Numbered from the stretch's first letter, positions 9,576-19,090 are shown. The stretch: DNA of 64,000 bases from Candidatus Versatilivorator sp. (GCA_965207735.1 OZ242296.1:800001-864000); one strand, 5' to 3'. Notes: generated by a model from the letters alone, not told the origin. A program made the numbers and translations.

Positions 9576-12035
9576 ATGCTTCAGGTAATGGTCGGCACAC
9601 TCGCCATCGTTCTGGCCTCGACCGTATTCGCTCACACTTCGACACTTTGGATCCGCGGCCGGGTGCTGGACTCCTCCGGCACTCCCATGTCCGACGCTAG
9701 GGTGCAATTGACATCTGGCGATCAGCGTTTTGAGAGAAGCTTCCAGACCGGAGAGGAGGGCCTTTTCCAGTTCGGTGAGTTAAGCCTGGGCAACTATCGA
9801 ATCACTGTTTCCAGCCGGGGCTATCGTACGATTGACCGGATTCTTAGCCTGCCGGAAGATGCGGCGGATGAAGTCCGACTGACCTTGCAACCGGACCCGA
9901 GCTTGACGATCTACGAGCGCATTATGGTGGTTGGCGATCCCGAGCGTTTGGATGAAATCCCCGGTGCCGCCCACATCATCGGACCAAGGGAGTTGAAGCG
10001 ACAAAAGCAGGGGCTAGACGATATCCACCGCATGCTGAGGCAGATCCCTGGAGTCAATATTCAGGAAGAGGAGGGCTACGGGCTGCGGCCCAACATCGGG
10101 ATGCGAGGGACGGGTGTGGATCGAAGCTCCAAGATTACCCTGATGGAAGACGGAGTTCTGATTGCCCCGGCCCCCTACGCGGCCCCCTCGGCCTACTACT
10201 TCCCCACCTCCGGACGCATGCGATCGCTGGAAGTTCGCAAGGGGTCCAGCCAGATCAAGTACGGCCCCAGAACCAATGGCGGGGTCCTGAATCTCGTGTC
10301 CAGCGAAATCCCTCGAGCATTGAGTTTGGAGGGCAAGCTCGGTTTCGGATCGGACTCGGCGGGTCAGGGACACCTCAACCTGGGAGGCACGCACGGCAAC
10401 GTCGGATGGTTGGTGGAAAGCTACCAGGTGAAAACCGATGGCTTCAAGGAACTGGACGGCGGAGGAAACACGGGATTCTATGTCGGCGACTACCTGGCCA
10501 AGCTTCGCTTTCAAACCCCTCTGGATGCCAGAGTTTTTCAGCAATTCGAGGTAAAGCTAGGATCCACCGAGCAGGACTCGGAAGAAACTTATCTGGGCCT
10601 GACCGACGACGACTTTGCCCTCAACCCCAACCGTCGCTACGCGGCTTCTCAGGCCGACCGCTTCGATTCCAATCACCGTCAATATCAGGCCCGGTATTTC
10701 GTTGCCGTTCCGGGTGGCCTGGACGTGACCATGGTGGTTTACCGCAACAACTTCGCCCGGAACTGGTTCAAGCTCCAGAGCATTGGCGGCAACAGCATCT
10801 CGAGGATTTTCGGGGATCCTGACGCGTACGCCGGCGAGTTGGATATCGCCCGTGGGAGAGACAGTGACCCTGACATATTGAAGATCAGAGCCAACAACCG
10901 CCAGTATTTTTCACAAGGCATTCAGTCCGTGTTGGGTCTGCACCGCCACCTGGGAGGGGCTCAACATCGATTTGAATTCGGCTTTCGCTACCACCAGGAT
11001 CAGGAGGCTCGGCTTCAGCACGAGGACGGTTTCCAGATGAGTGGCGGCCGCATGAACCGAACCAGTTTTGGCGCTCCCGGAAGCCAGTCGAATCGACTCA
11101 GTGATGCCGAAGCCCGGTCCTTTTTTTTCCAGGACGAGATTCAATGGGACCGCTGGACGGTCATACCCGGTATCCGTTACGAGAATATCGACCTGACCCG
11201 AACCGATTTCTCCAAAACCGATCCGGGGAGAACCAACCCAACCCGGGTCGGAACCAATGCCGTGGAGGTGGCGATCCCGGGTGTCGGCATCAATTTCGAT
11301 GCCAGTCAAGACGTGCGGCTCTTTGGCGGCGTCCACAAGGGATTCTCTCCACCGGGGCCCGGATCGAACGAGTTTACCGAGGCGGAGAACAGCATCAATT
11401 ACGAATTCGGCTTCGGTCTGGGCCAGCCGGGCTTCAACACCCAACTGGTGGCCTTCTACAGCGATTACGGCAATCTCCTGGGGGCGGATACCTTGGCAGC
11501 GGGAGGACAGGGAACGGGCGACCTCTATAACGGAGGAGAAGCCCGTGTCGTGGGCATGGAGGCCTCGGTATCCTTCGACCCGGTTTCAAACTTGCAGTCC
11601 GGGTTTTCTCTTCCCGTGCAGATGACCTATACGGTCACCCACGGTGAGTTTCGAAACGCCTTCGATAGCGCTTTCGGGCCCTGGGGGGACGTGATCGTGG
11701 GAGACAGGCTTCCCTATCTTCCTCGCCACCAGTTCTATGCAAGCTTTGGAGTGAGAACCGGCAAATGGGATGCAGGTTTCGATACGCACTGGGGGAGCAG
11801 CATGAGAACCGTGGCCGGTCAGGGGCGAGCCCCCCTGCTGGAGCGCACCGACGCCTACGCCGTGCTCAACCTTTCGACAGAGTATGAGCTCTCACAACGG
11901 GCCAGTCTGTTTGCCAACCTGCAGAATGTGACCAACAATCGCTACATCGTGGCTCGCCGCCCCGCCGGAGCTCGACCGGCGCTTCCCCGTTTGTTCATGG
12001 CCGGGATTCACTTCAGGCTGGGCAGCGATCGCTAG
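9576..12035 (+). CDS. TonB-dependent receptor, FecA-like, with N-terminal carboxypeptidase-regulatory-like domain
   Basis: Signal peptide, plug QIPGVNIQEEEGYGLRPNIGMRG, EVRKGSSQIKYGP, C-terminal beta-strand; AAGGAG RBS before ATG 9576. Confidence 0.9.
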   Translation: MLQVMVGTLAIVLASTVFAHTSTLWIRGRVLDSSGTPMSDARVQLTSGDQRFERSFQTGEEGLFQFGELSLGNYRITVSSRGYRTIDRILSLPEDAADEVRLTLQPDPSLTIYERIMVVGDPERLDEIPGAAHIIGPRELKRQKQGLDDIHRMLRQIPGVNIQEEEGYGLRPNIGMRGTGVDRSSKITLMEDGVLIAPAPYAAPSAYYFPTSGRMRSLEVRKGSSQIKYGPRTNGGVLNLVSSEIPRALSLEGKLGFGSDSAGQGHLNLGGTHGNVGWLVESYQVKTDGFKELDGGGNTGFYVGDYLAKLRFQTPLDARVFQQFEVKLGSTEQDSEETYLGLTDDDFALNPNRRYAASQADRFDSNHRQYQARYFVAVPGGLDVTMVVYRNNFARNWFKLQSIGGNSISRIFGDPDAYAGELDIARGRDSDPDILKIRANNRQYFSQGIQSVLGLHRHLGGAQHRFEFGFRYHQDQEARLQHEDGFQMSGGRMNRTSFGAPGSQSNRLSDAEARSFFFQDEIQWDRWTVIPGIRYENIDLTRTDFSKTDPGRTNPTRVGTNAVEVAIPGVGINFDASQDVRLFGGVHKGFSPPGPGSNEFTEAENSINYEFGFGLGQPGFNTQLVAFYSDYGNLLGADTLAAGGQGTGDLYNGGEARVVGMEASVSFDPVSNLQSGFSLPVQMTYTVTHGEFRNAFDSAFGPWGDVIVGDRLPYLPRHQFYASFGVRTGKWDAGFDTHWGSSMRTVAGQGRAPLLERTDAYAVLNLSTEYELSQRASLFANLQNVTNNRYIVARRPAGARPALPRLFMAGIHFRLGSDR

Positions 12036-12082
12036 GAATGGAGGACTGCTTCCGGAGCACCCTTCGACCGCCCGACGCAGTG

Positions 12083-13093
12083 TCATGCCGTCGTTTCAGA
12101 GCCGACCCCAGGTTCTGGACTTTGTGGGCGAGGATTCGAGGAACCGAGTAGGCGATCGCACTCCTGCTGAATCAATTCGCAGTGCTCCAACTCCTCCTCG
12201 GCAAACTTCTGAAAAATGGCCTTGCCTCGGGTGTCGTTGAACTTTTCGGCGTAGCGTTTGAAGAAACGGTGGGCTCCCCGCTCCATGGACAGAGCTAGGT
12301 GTAGAGCTTCTTCCAGGCTCAACTGTTCCAGTTGCCTCTCTTGCAGCTCTTCGGGACTGGGAAACAACCGATTGAGCTCGTTGTAGTCGAAGTGCAGGAA
12401 GACGGGCGCCTTCAGAACCCGCTTGTTCCTCTTGACGAGGGCATCCCACTCACCCTCGAGTTCCCGCAGGTGTTTTTCTTCCTCGGCTGCCATTTCGAGG
12501 AAAGCGTTCCTTCCCCGCGCGTCCGTGGCTGCTTTGGCCAGTGACTGGTAGAAATTGACGCCGTTTTTCTCGGTCTGCAGGGCGATACGGAGGGCGTCGC
12601 GGGCGAAAACCAGGTCTGAGTCGAAATCTTCGTGCTTGGCCGGGCGATGTTTCTGGCAATCCTCACAGACGCCAAACACCTGGAAATGGTGTCGCACCGG
12701 CTGGAAGCGGTAGCGTGAGACCACCTGCTCCTGAAGTTGCTCCAATTCAGGGCTGAGGAACTCAATTGCCTTCTGGCACTCCACACAGATGATGTGGTGG
12801 TGGTGAGGGCGCTTGTAGAGCGGCTCAAATCGGCTGCGGCTGTCCCCCAGGTCGATTTCCCTTGCCAGACCCGCGTCGGTCAGGGCCTTCATGGTTCGCG
12901 AGACGGTGGCATACCCGATAGTCCTGTCCTTCTGCCGGACCTGGTGGTAGAGCTCCTCGGTGCTCAAGTGGCCTTCGGTCTTGAGGAAATTTTCAAGGAT
13001 TACCTGCCGCTGCCGGGTGATCTTGAGCTTTTTCTTCTTCAGATAGGCAGCAAAGATCGCCTTCTGTTCGACCAGCTCTTTGTTAGAGGCCAT
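12083..13093 (-). CDS. Fur-family regulator fused to a rubrerythrin/ferritin-like domain
   Basis: N-terminal TRQRQVIL..HLSTEELY..ATVSRT, HHHHIICVEC, CEDC; C-terminal EKNGVNFY...EEEKH and ERGAHRFF...EELEH. Confidence 0.85.
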   Translation of the reverse strand: MASNKELVEQKAIFAAYLKKKKLKITRQRQVILENFLKTEGHLSTEELYHQVRQKDRTIGYATVSRTMKALTDAGLAREIDLGDSRSRFEPLYKRPHHHHIICVECQKAIEFLSPELEQLQEQVVSRYRFQPVRHHFQVFGVCEDCQKHRPAKHEDFDSDLVFARDALRIALQTEKNGVNFYQSLAKAATDARGRNAFLEMAAEEEKHLRELEGEWDALVKRNKRVLKAPVFLHFDYNELNRLFPSPEELQERQLEQLSLEEALHLALSMERGAHRFFKRYAEKFNDTRGKAIFQKFAEEELEHCELIQQECDRLLGSSNPRPQSPEPGVGSETTA

Positions 13094-13416
13094 TGTCCAG
13101 CCTTTGGAGAGGGCGCCCGTATGACGGTTGGCTTGTAGAGGATCGTGGTTTAGACAGGAACGCTAGCCGGCAGAGTATAGCATCTCCTCGGAGCCGGCCA
13201 CAACCGCGCCCGTAACCGGCCCTTGGCCGTTCGGGTGCATTCTATCTCCAGCCCGAACTTCCCACTCATGCCCCCAGCTTCAGCAAGCGCAGGCGCAGCT
13301 CTTCGTTTGCGTCCTGGCGAAGCGCGTCTCCTGGCCCGTCACCGAAACTCCTGCGGCTAGACGAAGGCGACCGCCGACAGTAGGAGAGGAAAATTCTCTG
13401 GAAAATTCTCTCTTGT

Positions 13417-14903
13417 GAGCCTTTTGCAAAATTCGCAGATAGCGGGAATTTTCACGTGGGGAAAGATCAAGGAGGGCAGGTGGAAGGAGGGGCAAGACCA
13501 CTGTCTGTTGTATCATGAAGGTGTCTGAACCACATGATGAACGGAGGTGGAACTTGCCCCTTAGGGAAACCCTATCACGACACTGGTTCCGGTTTCAACG
13601 AGAGCTGTTTCCCCTGCTGGAGGAAGTTTTGGGGCCTCTGGGAGAGCGTTACCAGCGGCTGGTGCAGGTATTGGAGTTGGTGCGGGTGGAGGAGTTGCTG
13701 CCTTACAGTCGGGGCTGGCGTGGCCGGCCGCTGGAGGATCGGGCAGTGCTGGCGCGAGCCTATCTGGCGAAGTCGATGCTGGAGGTGGCGACCACGCGGG
13801 GATTGGTGGAGCGGCTGAGGAGTGAGGGGAGGCTGCGGCGGCTGTGCGGCTGGGAGAGGGCGTGGGAGGTACCGAGCGAGTCGACCTTCTCGCGGGCCTT
13901 TGCGGAATTCGCTGAGAGCGACCTGCCGGGGCGTTTGCACGAGGCATTGCTGGAGGAGACGCTGAAGGGCCACTTGGCGGGGCATGTGTCGAGGGACTCG
14001 ACGGCGATTGCGGGACGGGAAAAGCCAGCGGCCAAGGCTGCGCCGGAGGCCAAGCGGAAACGCCGGCGGGGCCGGCCGCCGAAGGGCGAGCGACGGCCCA
14101 AGCGGTTGAGCCGGCTGGAGCGGCAGGGGTCGATGACGCTGGAGGAAATGTTGAAGGAGTTGCCCAAGGCCTGCGACATCGGCGTCAAGCGCAACGCCAA
14201 GGGGCATCAGGAGAGCTGGACCGGCTACAAGCTACACCTCGACGCCATTGACGGCGGGATTCCGGTCAGTTGTCTGCTGACCTCGGCCTCGGTGCATGAC
14301 TCTCAGGCAGCCATTCCGCTGGCGACGCTGACGGCAAGGCGGGTCGAGAGTCTCTACGACTTGATGGACAGCGCCTACGATGCGCCGGAGATCCGGGCCT
14401 TCAGTGAGAAGCTGGGGCATGTGCCGATTATTGACGTCAACCCCCGCCGAAGAGCTACCTTGAAAGCCGAGCGGAAGCGGGAGGCACTGGCCCGGCGCTG
14501 TATCGGCCAAGTGACTCCCGAGGCGCGGCGCTACCGGGAACGCTCGACGGTGGAGCGGGTCAACGGACGGCTCAAGGAGGAGTTTGGCGGGAGGCAGGTG
14601 AGGGTTCGCGGCCCCGACAAGGTGAGGTGCCACCTGATGTTCGGCATTCTGGCCCTGACGGTGGATCAGTTGATGCGCCTGACGCTCTGAAGACCGGGTT
14701 GCCACCCCCAACCGCACAGCAGGTTCGCCCGCCTCAAGGCCGGGAGAGGGTAAGCTGTGCCTGCGTCCGGCGACCGCTGGCCATCCGGCCATCAGATTCG
14801 GGCTTTTTCCTTCAAAAGGGTCTTTGCAGCTGGGTAGTCACCGCCGGAACATCACTGTTGCCAGCCCAATGTCATGCCCGATTCCGAATTTTGCAAAAGG
14901 CTC
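13417..14903 (+). mobile_element. insertion sequence (IS5/IS1182-like DDE), 1487 bp
   Basis: Perfect 19-bp TIR GAGCCTTTTGCAAAATTCG / CGAATTTTGCAAAAGGCTC; 4-bp TSD TTGT (13413-13416, 14904-14907). Confidence 0.9.
13515..14690 (+). CDS. DDE transposase
   Basis: PSESTFSR, DSTAI, GYKLHL, MDSAYD, Y..R..VERVNGRLK. Confidence 0.9.
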   Translation: MKVSEPHDERRWNLPLRETLSRHWFRFQRELFPLLEEVLGPLGERYQRLVQVLELVRVEELLPYSRGWRGRPLEDRAVLARAYLAKSMLEVATTRGLVERLRSEGRLRRLCGWERAWEVPSESTFSRAFAEFAESDLPGRLHEALLEETLKGHLAGHVSRDSTAIAGREKPAAKAAPEAKRKRRRGRPPKGERRPKRLSRLERQGSMTLEEMLKELPKACDIGVKRNAKGHQESWTGYKLHLDAIDGGIPVSCLLTSASVHDSQAAIPLATLTARRVESLYDLMDSAYDAPEIRAFSEKLGHVPIIDVNPRRRATLKAERKREALARRCIGQVTPEARRYRERSTVERVNGRLKEEFGGRQVRVRGPDKVRCHLMFGILALTVDQLMRLTL

Positions 14904-14909
14904 TTGTGT

Positions 14910-15279
14910 GAGCCTTTTGCAAAATTCCGTAGGCGACGGTTTTGGGGGTCGGGAGAGGGAACAGGGAATGCGAGGGACAGGTCGGCTCTGTGTCTGAATG
15001 GCCACAAAAGGCACAAAAGCCGGAATCGGCAGGTCTCAAATCTCATGGAGGCATCCGGGTTCAGAGAACACGGCTCTCCGTGGAACGGCCACAAAAGGCA
15101 CAAAAACGGGATTGGGCAAGACTGGAGCCCTGTTTTGTGCTTTTTGTGGTTGAGCCGTTTCCCATTCGCCGGGCAGCGGGACCTTTCCCGGGAGAAGCCA
15201 GTGGAGAGGTCAGTCACGGGACAGGCCGATCCTCTATTGTTTCATGCAAATGCCCCATTCCGCATTTTGCAAAGGCCTC
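14910..15279. mobile_element. non-autonomous MITE sharing ends with the adjacent IS
   Basis: Ends GAGCCTTTTGCAAAAT / ATTTTGCAAAGGCCTC; TSD GTGT (14906-14909, 15280-15283); no transposase; internal GGCCACAAAAGGCACAAAA repeats. Confidence 0.8.
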
Positions 15280-15394
15280 GTGTGTTATCTTTTTTGTGCT
15301 CTGTGCGGGCGCAAGAAGCGAACCGCCAAGGCCCTGACCGCCACAACGGCAAGAAGAGCGGGCTCTTTGGTGATGGCGATACGGGAGGTGCAGC

Positions 15395-15550
15395 ATGAAT
15401 GTGGCCGCCTCGGAAACGTTCATATCAACCATTGTGGGCCGCATCGTGAGAGGCTTCCAGTCTTCGCGGGTCGTCCTATTTGGATCCCTTGCACGGGGCG
15501 TGGCAACCGAACAGAGGAATCCATGGCCAACCAGGTGCAAATCCGAATAG
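15395..15550 (+). pseudogene. truncated minimal nucleotidyltransferase (MNT antitoxin-like)
   Basis: GGAGG RBS, then MNVAASETFISTIVGRIVRGFQSSRVVLFGSLARG; the DxD motif that should follow is missing and the frame stops inside osmC. Confidence 0.6.
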
Positions 15551-15966
15551 ACCAGACGAGCCCGGCGGCCTCCACCACCCAGGTCCGAGGCCATCGGATT
15601 TCAGTGGACCGTCCTTTGGAAAAGGGGGGCGAGGACCGGGGACCCATGGGGGGCGAGCTGATCCTGGTCGGTCTGGGGGGATGCTTTACCAGCAACCTTC
15701 TGGCAGCCATCCGAGCCCGTCAGGCGCCGGTGAGCCGGGTATCCACGACAGTCACCGCCACGCTGGCTGAGAGCCCTTCCCGCTTTGCCGCTATTGATCT
15801 GGCCGTATCCGCCGACTGCAGCGATGCCGCGCTTCTCCAAAAGCTGGTCAGCATCGCCGAACGGGCCTGTATTGCGGCCAATACCCTGCGGGGCGGTGTG
15901 AGTCTGAAGGTTCGTGTCGCCGCAATGGAGCCAGCCGAAGAGGTGTCCTGCCCTAAGAACGCCTAA
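15523..15966 (+). CDS. OsmC family protein
   Basis: DRP...GGEDRGPMGGELILVGLGGC ... AERACIAANTL (two conserved Cys); GAGG RBS before ATG 15523. Confidence 0.85.
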   Translation: MANQVQIRIDQTSPAASTTQVRGHRISVDRPLEKGGEDRGPMGGELILVGLGGCFTSNLLAAIRARQAPVSRVSTTVTATLAESPSRFAAIDLAVSADCSDAALLQKLVSIAERACIAANTLRGGVSLKVRVAAMEPAEEVSCPKNA

Positions 15967-15973
15967 TCCCATT

Positions 15974-15998
15974 GTAGGAGTGCCCCTTGTGGGCACCC
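15974..15998 (+). repeat. GTAG-type REP-like palindrome
   Basis: GTAG followed by GAGTGCCC-CTTGT-GGGCACCC hairpin just after the osmC stop. Confidence 0.5.
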
Positions 15999-16185
15999 AA
16001 TGAGGATGGCTGTGCTTGGACCGTCATATCCGCGGCGGGCTTCCCTCAGGTCCTCTGAAGCAACGTCACGCCATGATCGCCGCGGCCGTCTCGCGGAGGC
16101 AGTTTTGCCTTGCGGCTAAGCCATAAATCCAATAAAATCCGAAGCTTCGGGGCAATAACCGATCCGTGACCGCCCGGACGACCCT

Positions 16186-17409
16186 ATGCCGGTGCTGTCG
16201 GAAGGGATGTTTCATCCACCCATGGCCGTTTATCTGGATTGCGCCGCCACCGCCCCGGTCGATCCCCGGGTGCAACGGGAGGTCATGACCTATCTGGGCG
16301 TTGAATTCGGCAATGCCGGCAGTCGGCACCACGGGTTCGGTTCCAGAGCTCGTAGCGCCGTGGAGAGGGCGCGTGTCCAAGTCGCGGCGGTGGTGGGCGC
16401 CACCCGGGGCGAAATTATCTTCACCAGCGGCGCTACCGAAAGCAACAACCTGGCCCTGCTGGGTTTGGCCGAGCACGGGGCCGGGACCGACAGGTTTCAC
16501 CTTGTCAGCACCAGGATTGAGCACAAGTCCGTATTGGAACCCCTGCGGGCCCTTTCCGGCCGCGGTTTTGAAGTCACCCTGGTGGCTCCGGAGCCCGGCG
16601 GCTGGGTGCGTCCAGGGGCTATCCGGGACGCACTCCGAGAAAATACCCTGCTGGTCTCGGTCATGCAGGTCAACAACGAGACCGGCGTCATTCAGCCCAT
16701 CCTGGAAATCGCCCGGCTGCTCGAGAACCATCCGGCTTACCTGCACGTGGATGCCGCCCAAGGCTTCGGGAAAGAGATCGCATCGCTACGCAACCGTCGC
16801 ATCGACTTGATCAGCATCAGCGGTCATAAGGTCTACGCCCCCAAGGGCATCGGCGCCCTGGTCACCCGCCGGCGGAACGGACAGCGGCCTCCTCTCACCC
16901 CTTTAATGCATGGGGGAGGCCAGGAACTGGGGTTACGTCCCGGGACATTGCCGGTTCCGCTCATCGCCGGACTTGGCAAGGCCTCCGAACTGGCTTTGGC
17001 GGAGCACCAGGAACGCAACACGGTCTGTCGAAGGTTCAAGGAAATTCTCCTGCGGGAATTGCGGATGCTGAAGCCTGTCTTCAACGGGGATCTCGACCGC
17101 ACGGTCCCTCAGATTGTCAACTTTTCCTTGCCGGGAATCAGCTCGGAGGAAGCCATCGAGGCCGTGAGCCAGGTAGCCGCCATCTCCAACGGATCGGCCT
17201 GTACTTCGACCTCCGATAGCTGCAGCCACGTGCTGAGCGCTCAGAAGCTGGACGAGGCCCGCATGGAGGGGGCGCTTCGCCTTTCCTGGTGCCACCTGAG
17301 CCGTCAGCCCGACTGGAACGCCTTCATCCAGGCAGTCGAGGGGATTGGAGAACCGGCTCTCCCCGAAAGCTCAACCGCGGTGGGGATTGGCCAGGCCGGC
17401 GCCGCCTGA
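16186..17409 (+). CDS. cysteine desulfurase (IscS/DndA-like group I)
   Basis: YLDCAATAP, FTSGATESNN, EHKSV, VNNETG, DAAQ, SGHK (PLP Lys), RPGT, NGSACTS (catalytic Cys); real start may be 16207 or 16222. Confidence 0.9.
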   Translation: MPVLSEGMFHPPMAVYLDCAATAPVDPRVQREVMTYLGVEFGNAGSRHHGFGSRARSAVERARVQVAAVVGATRGEIIFTSGATESNNLALLGLAEHGAGTDRFHLVSTRIEHKSVLEPLRALSGRGFEVTLVAPEPGGWVRPGAIRDALRENTLLVSVMQVNNETGVIQPILEIARLLENHPAYLHVDAAQGFGKEIASLRNRRIDLISISGHKVYAPKGIGALVTRRRNGQRPPLTPLMHGGGQELGLRPGTLPVPLIAGLGKASELALAEHQERNTVCRRFKEILLRELRMLKPVFNGDLDRTVPQIVNFSLPGISSEEAIEAVSQVAAISNGSACTSTSDSCSHVLSAQKLDEARMEGALRLSWCHLSRQPDWNAFIQAVEGIGEPALPESSTAVGIGQAGAA

Positions 17410-17429
17410 AAGCGGACGACACCATCCGA

Positions 17430-17906
17430 ATGGCACAAGACCGGCAGCAGCACATTCGGTACAAGCGATCCCGGTTTTCAACACGGCTGCCGCTGGACCG
17501 CCGCTATACGGCCTCGCACTTCTGGACTGTCGAGCAGCAAACCGGCCTTTGGCGGGTGGGAATGACCAAATTCGCCACACGGATGCTCGGTGATCTTGTA
17601 GAATTCGAATTCGATGCCAAGCCCGGCCAGCAGGTCAGTGTCGGACAGACCATCGGCTGGATCGAAGCCTTCAAGGCCCTGACCGACCTCTATTGCGTGG
17701 TCGACGGAGTATTCAGGAGTGTGAACCCCCTGATCGAAGAGGATATCAGTCTGGTCGACTCCGATCCCTACGGAAAGGGGTGGCTCTACAGCGCCAGCGG
17801 TACTCCTGAGTCCAAGAGCGTGGACGTGCACGGATACGTGGAGATTCTGGATCTCACCATCGACAAGATGAAAGAGCAGTCGGGAAACAGGGATAGCGAT
17901 GGATAA
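17430..17906 (+). CDS. glycine cleavage H-like (lipoyl-carrier fold) protein
   Basis: RYTASHFW, RVGMTKFA..LGDL, IEAFKA (lipoyl-Lys position), VNP, DPYGKGWLY. Confidence 0.85.
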   Translation: MAQDRQQHIRYKRSRFSTRLPLDRRYTASHFWTVEQQTGLWRVGMTKFATRMLGDLVEFEFDAKPGQQVSVGQTIGWIEAFKALTDLYCVVDGVFRSVNPLIEEDISLVDSDPYGKGWLYSASGTPESKSVDVHGYVEILDLTIDKMKEQSGNRDSDG

Positions 17907-19038
17907 GGCCCGCTACATCATGATCGGTGGGTTTCTGGGGGCCGGCAAGACGACAGCGGTGCTGCGACTGGCCAAGCTCTTGGAAGGCCGCGGGTCGCAA
18001 GTGGGACTGATCACCAACGACCAGAGCCACGGGTTGGTCGATACCGCCCTGCTCGGCTCCAGCGGGTTTCCCGTGGAGGAAATCACCGGCGGTTGCTTCT
18101 GCTGCAAGTTCGATTCCCTGGTGAGCGCCTCCGAACGGCTTTCCCGAGAGCGGCAGCCCGATGTCTTCCTGGCCGAGCCGGTGGGAAGCTGCACCGATTT
18201 GAAAGCCACCGTGGATTATCCCCTGCGCCGCATGTACGGGGAGAACTACTGGATTGCTCCCTTGAGCGTGATGGTGGATCCGGTTCGCGCCCTGCGCATT
18301 CTGGAGCTGGAGCCCGGGAGGTCTTTCTCACCCAAGGTGGTTTACGTCTACCGCAAGCAATTGGAGGAAGCCGACATCATCGTCATCAACAAGATCGATC
18401 TGCTCAGCCCGCAACGCCTGGAGCGGCTTCGCGGGGCCCTGCAGGAGTCCTTTTCCCCGCACCTTGTGTTGTCCGTTTCCGCTCGCCAGGACAAAGGCCT
18501 GGAGGAATGGTTCGAACAGATCACCCAGCCCCGGGCCTGCACACGGGGTGATCTGGCCGTGGACTACGACACCTACGCCGAGGGAGAGGCGCTTCTCGGC
18601 TGGCTAAACTGCAGCTTGCGGGTCGGGGCTGCGGCTCCCTTTGACGGTAACCTTTTTCTGCGGGACGCCATGGCAGCCATCCAGCGACGGATACGATCCC
18701 GGGAAATCGCCCACTTGAAGATGACCTTGACCCCTGACGAACAGGGCCAGGATATCGGGGTGGCCAATCTCACCGGTAGCGATGTCGCTCCTGACCAGTC
18801 CCATGTGTTGCAGGAACCTCTGAGGGCCGGGGAACTCATCGTCAATCTGAGGGCGGAGGCCGACCCGGACGCCTTGCGGACCCAGGTTCAGGAAGCCCTC
18901 GCGGCCCTCCGCCGGGATGGGGGCCTGGAATTCGAGATCGAGCATCTGGAATCGTTCCGTCCGGCCCGGCCCACCCCCACCCACCGGCTGCAGGCGTCGG
19001 AGACCGGGGTCGCGGCCTCACAGTCCGTTTCGGCTTGA
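17899..19038 (+). CDS. COG0523/CobW-type G3E metallochaperone GTPase
   Basis: GGFLGAGKTT, GGCFCC (CxCC), EPVG, NKID. Confidence 0.88.
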   Translation: MDKARYIMIGGFLGAGKTTAVLRLAKLLEGRGSQVGLITNDQSHGLVDTALLGSSGFPVEEITGGCFCCKFDSLVSASERLSRERQPDVFLAEPVGSCTDLKATVDYPLRRMYGENYWIAPLSVMVDPVRALRILELEPGRSFSPKVVYVYRKQLEEADIIVINKIDLLSPQRLERLRGALQESFSPHLVLSVSARQDKGLEEWFEQITQPRACTRGDLAVDYDTYAEGEALLGWLNCSLRVGAAAPFDGNLFLRDAMAAIQRRIRSREIAHLKMTLTPDEQGQDIGVANLTGSDVAPDQSHVLQEPLRAGELIVNLRAEADPDALRTQVQEALAALRRDGGLEFEIEHLESFRPARPTPTHRLQASETGVAASQSVSA

Positions 19039-19090
19039 ATATGGCGACAACCACCACGTCAGGATACCGGGCCACCCAATGCCGGGAGCG

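Noticed and set aside
14995-15155. CRISPR-like repeats GGCCACAAAAGGCACAAAA
   Set aside because: Only two direct copies and one inverted, irregular spacing, no cas genes; they lie inside a MITE
16186-17409. DNA phosphorothioation (Dnd) system suggested by a DndA-like desulfurase
   Set aside because: No dndB-E or ssp genes in the window
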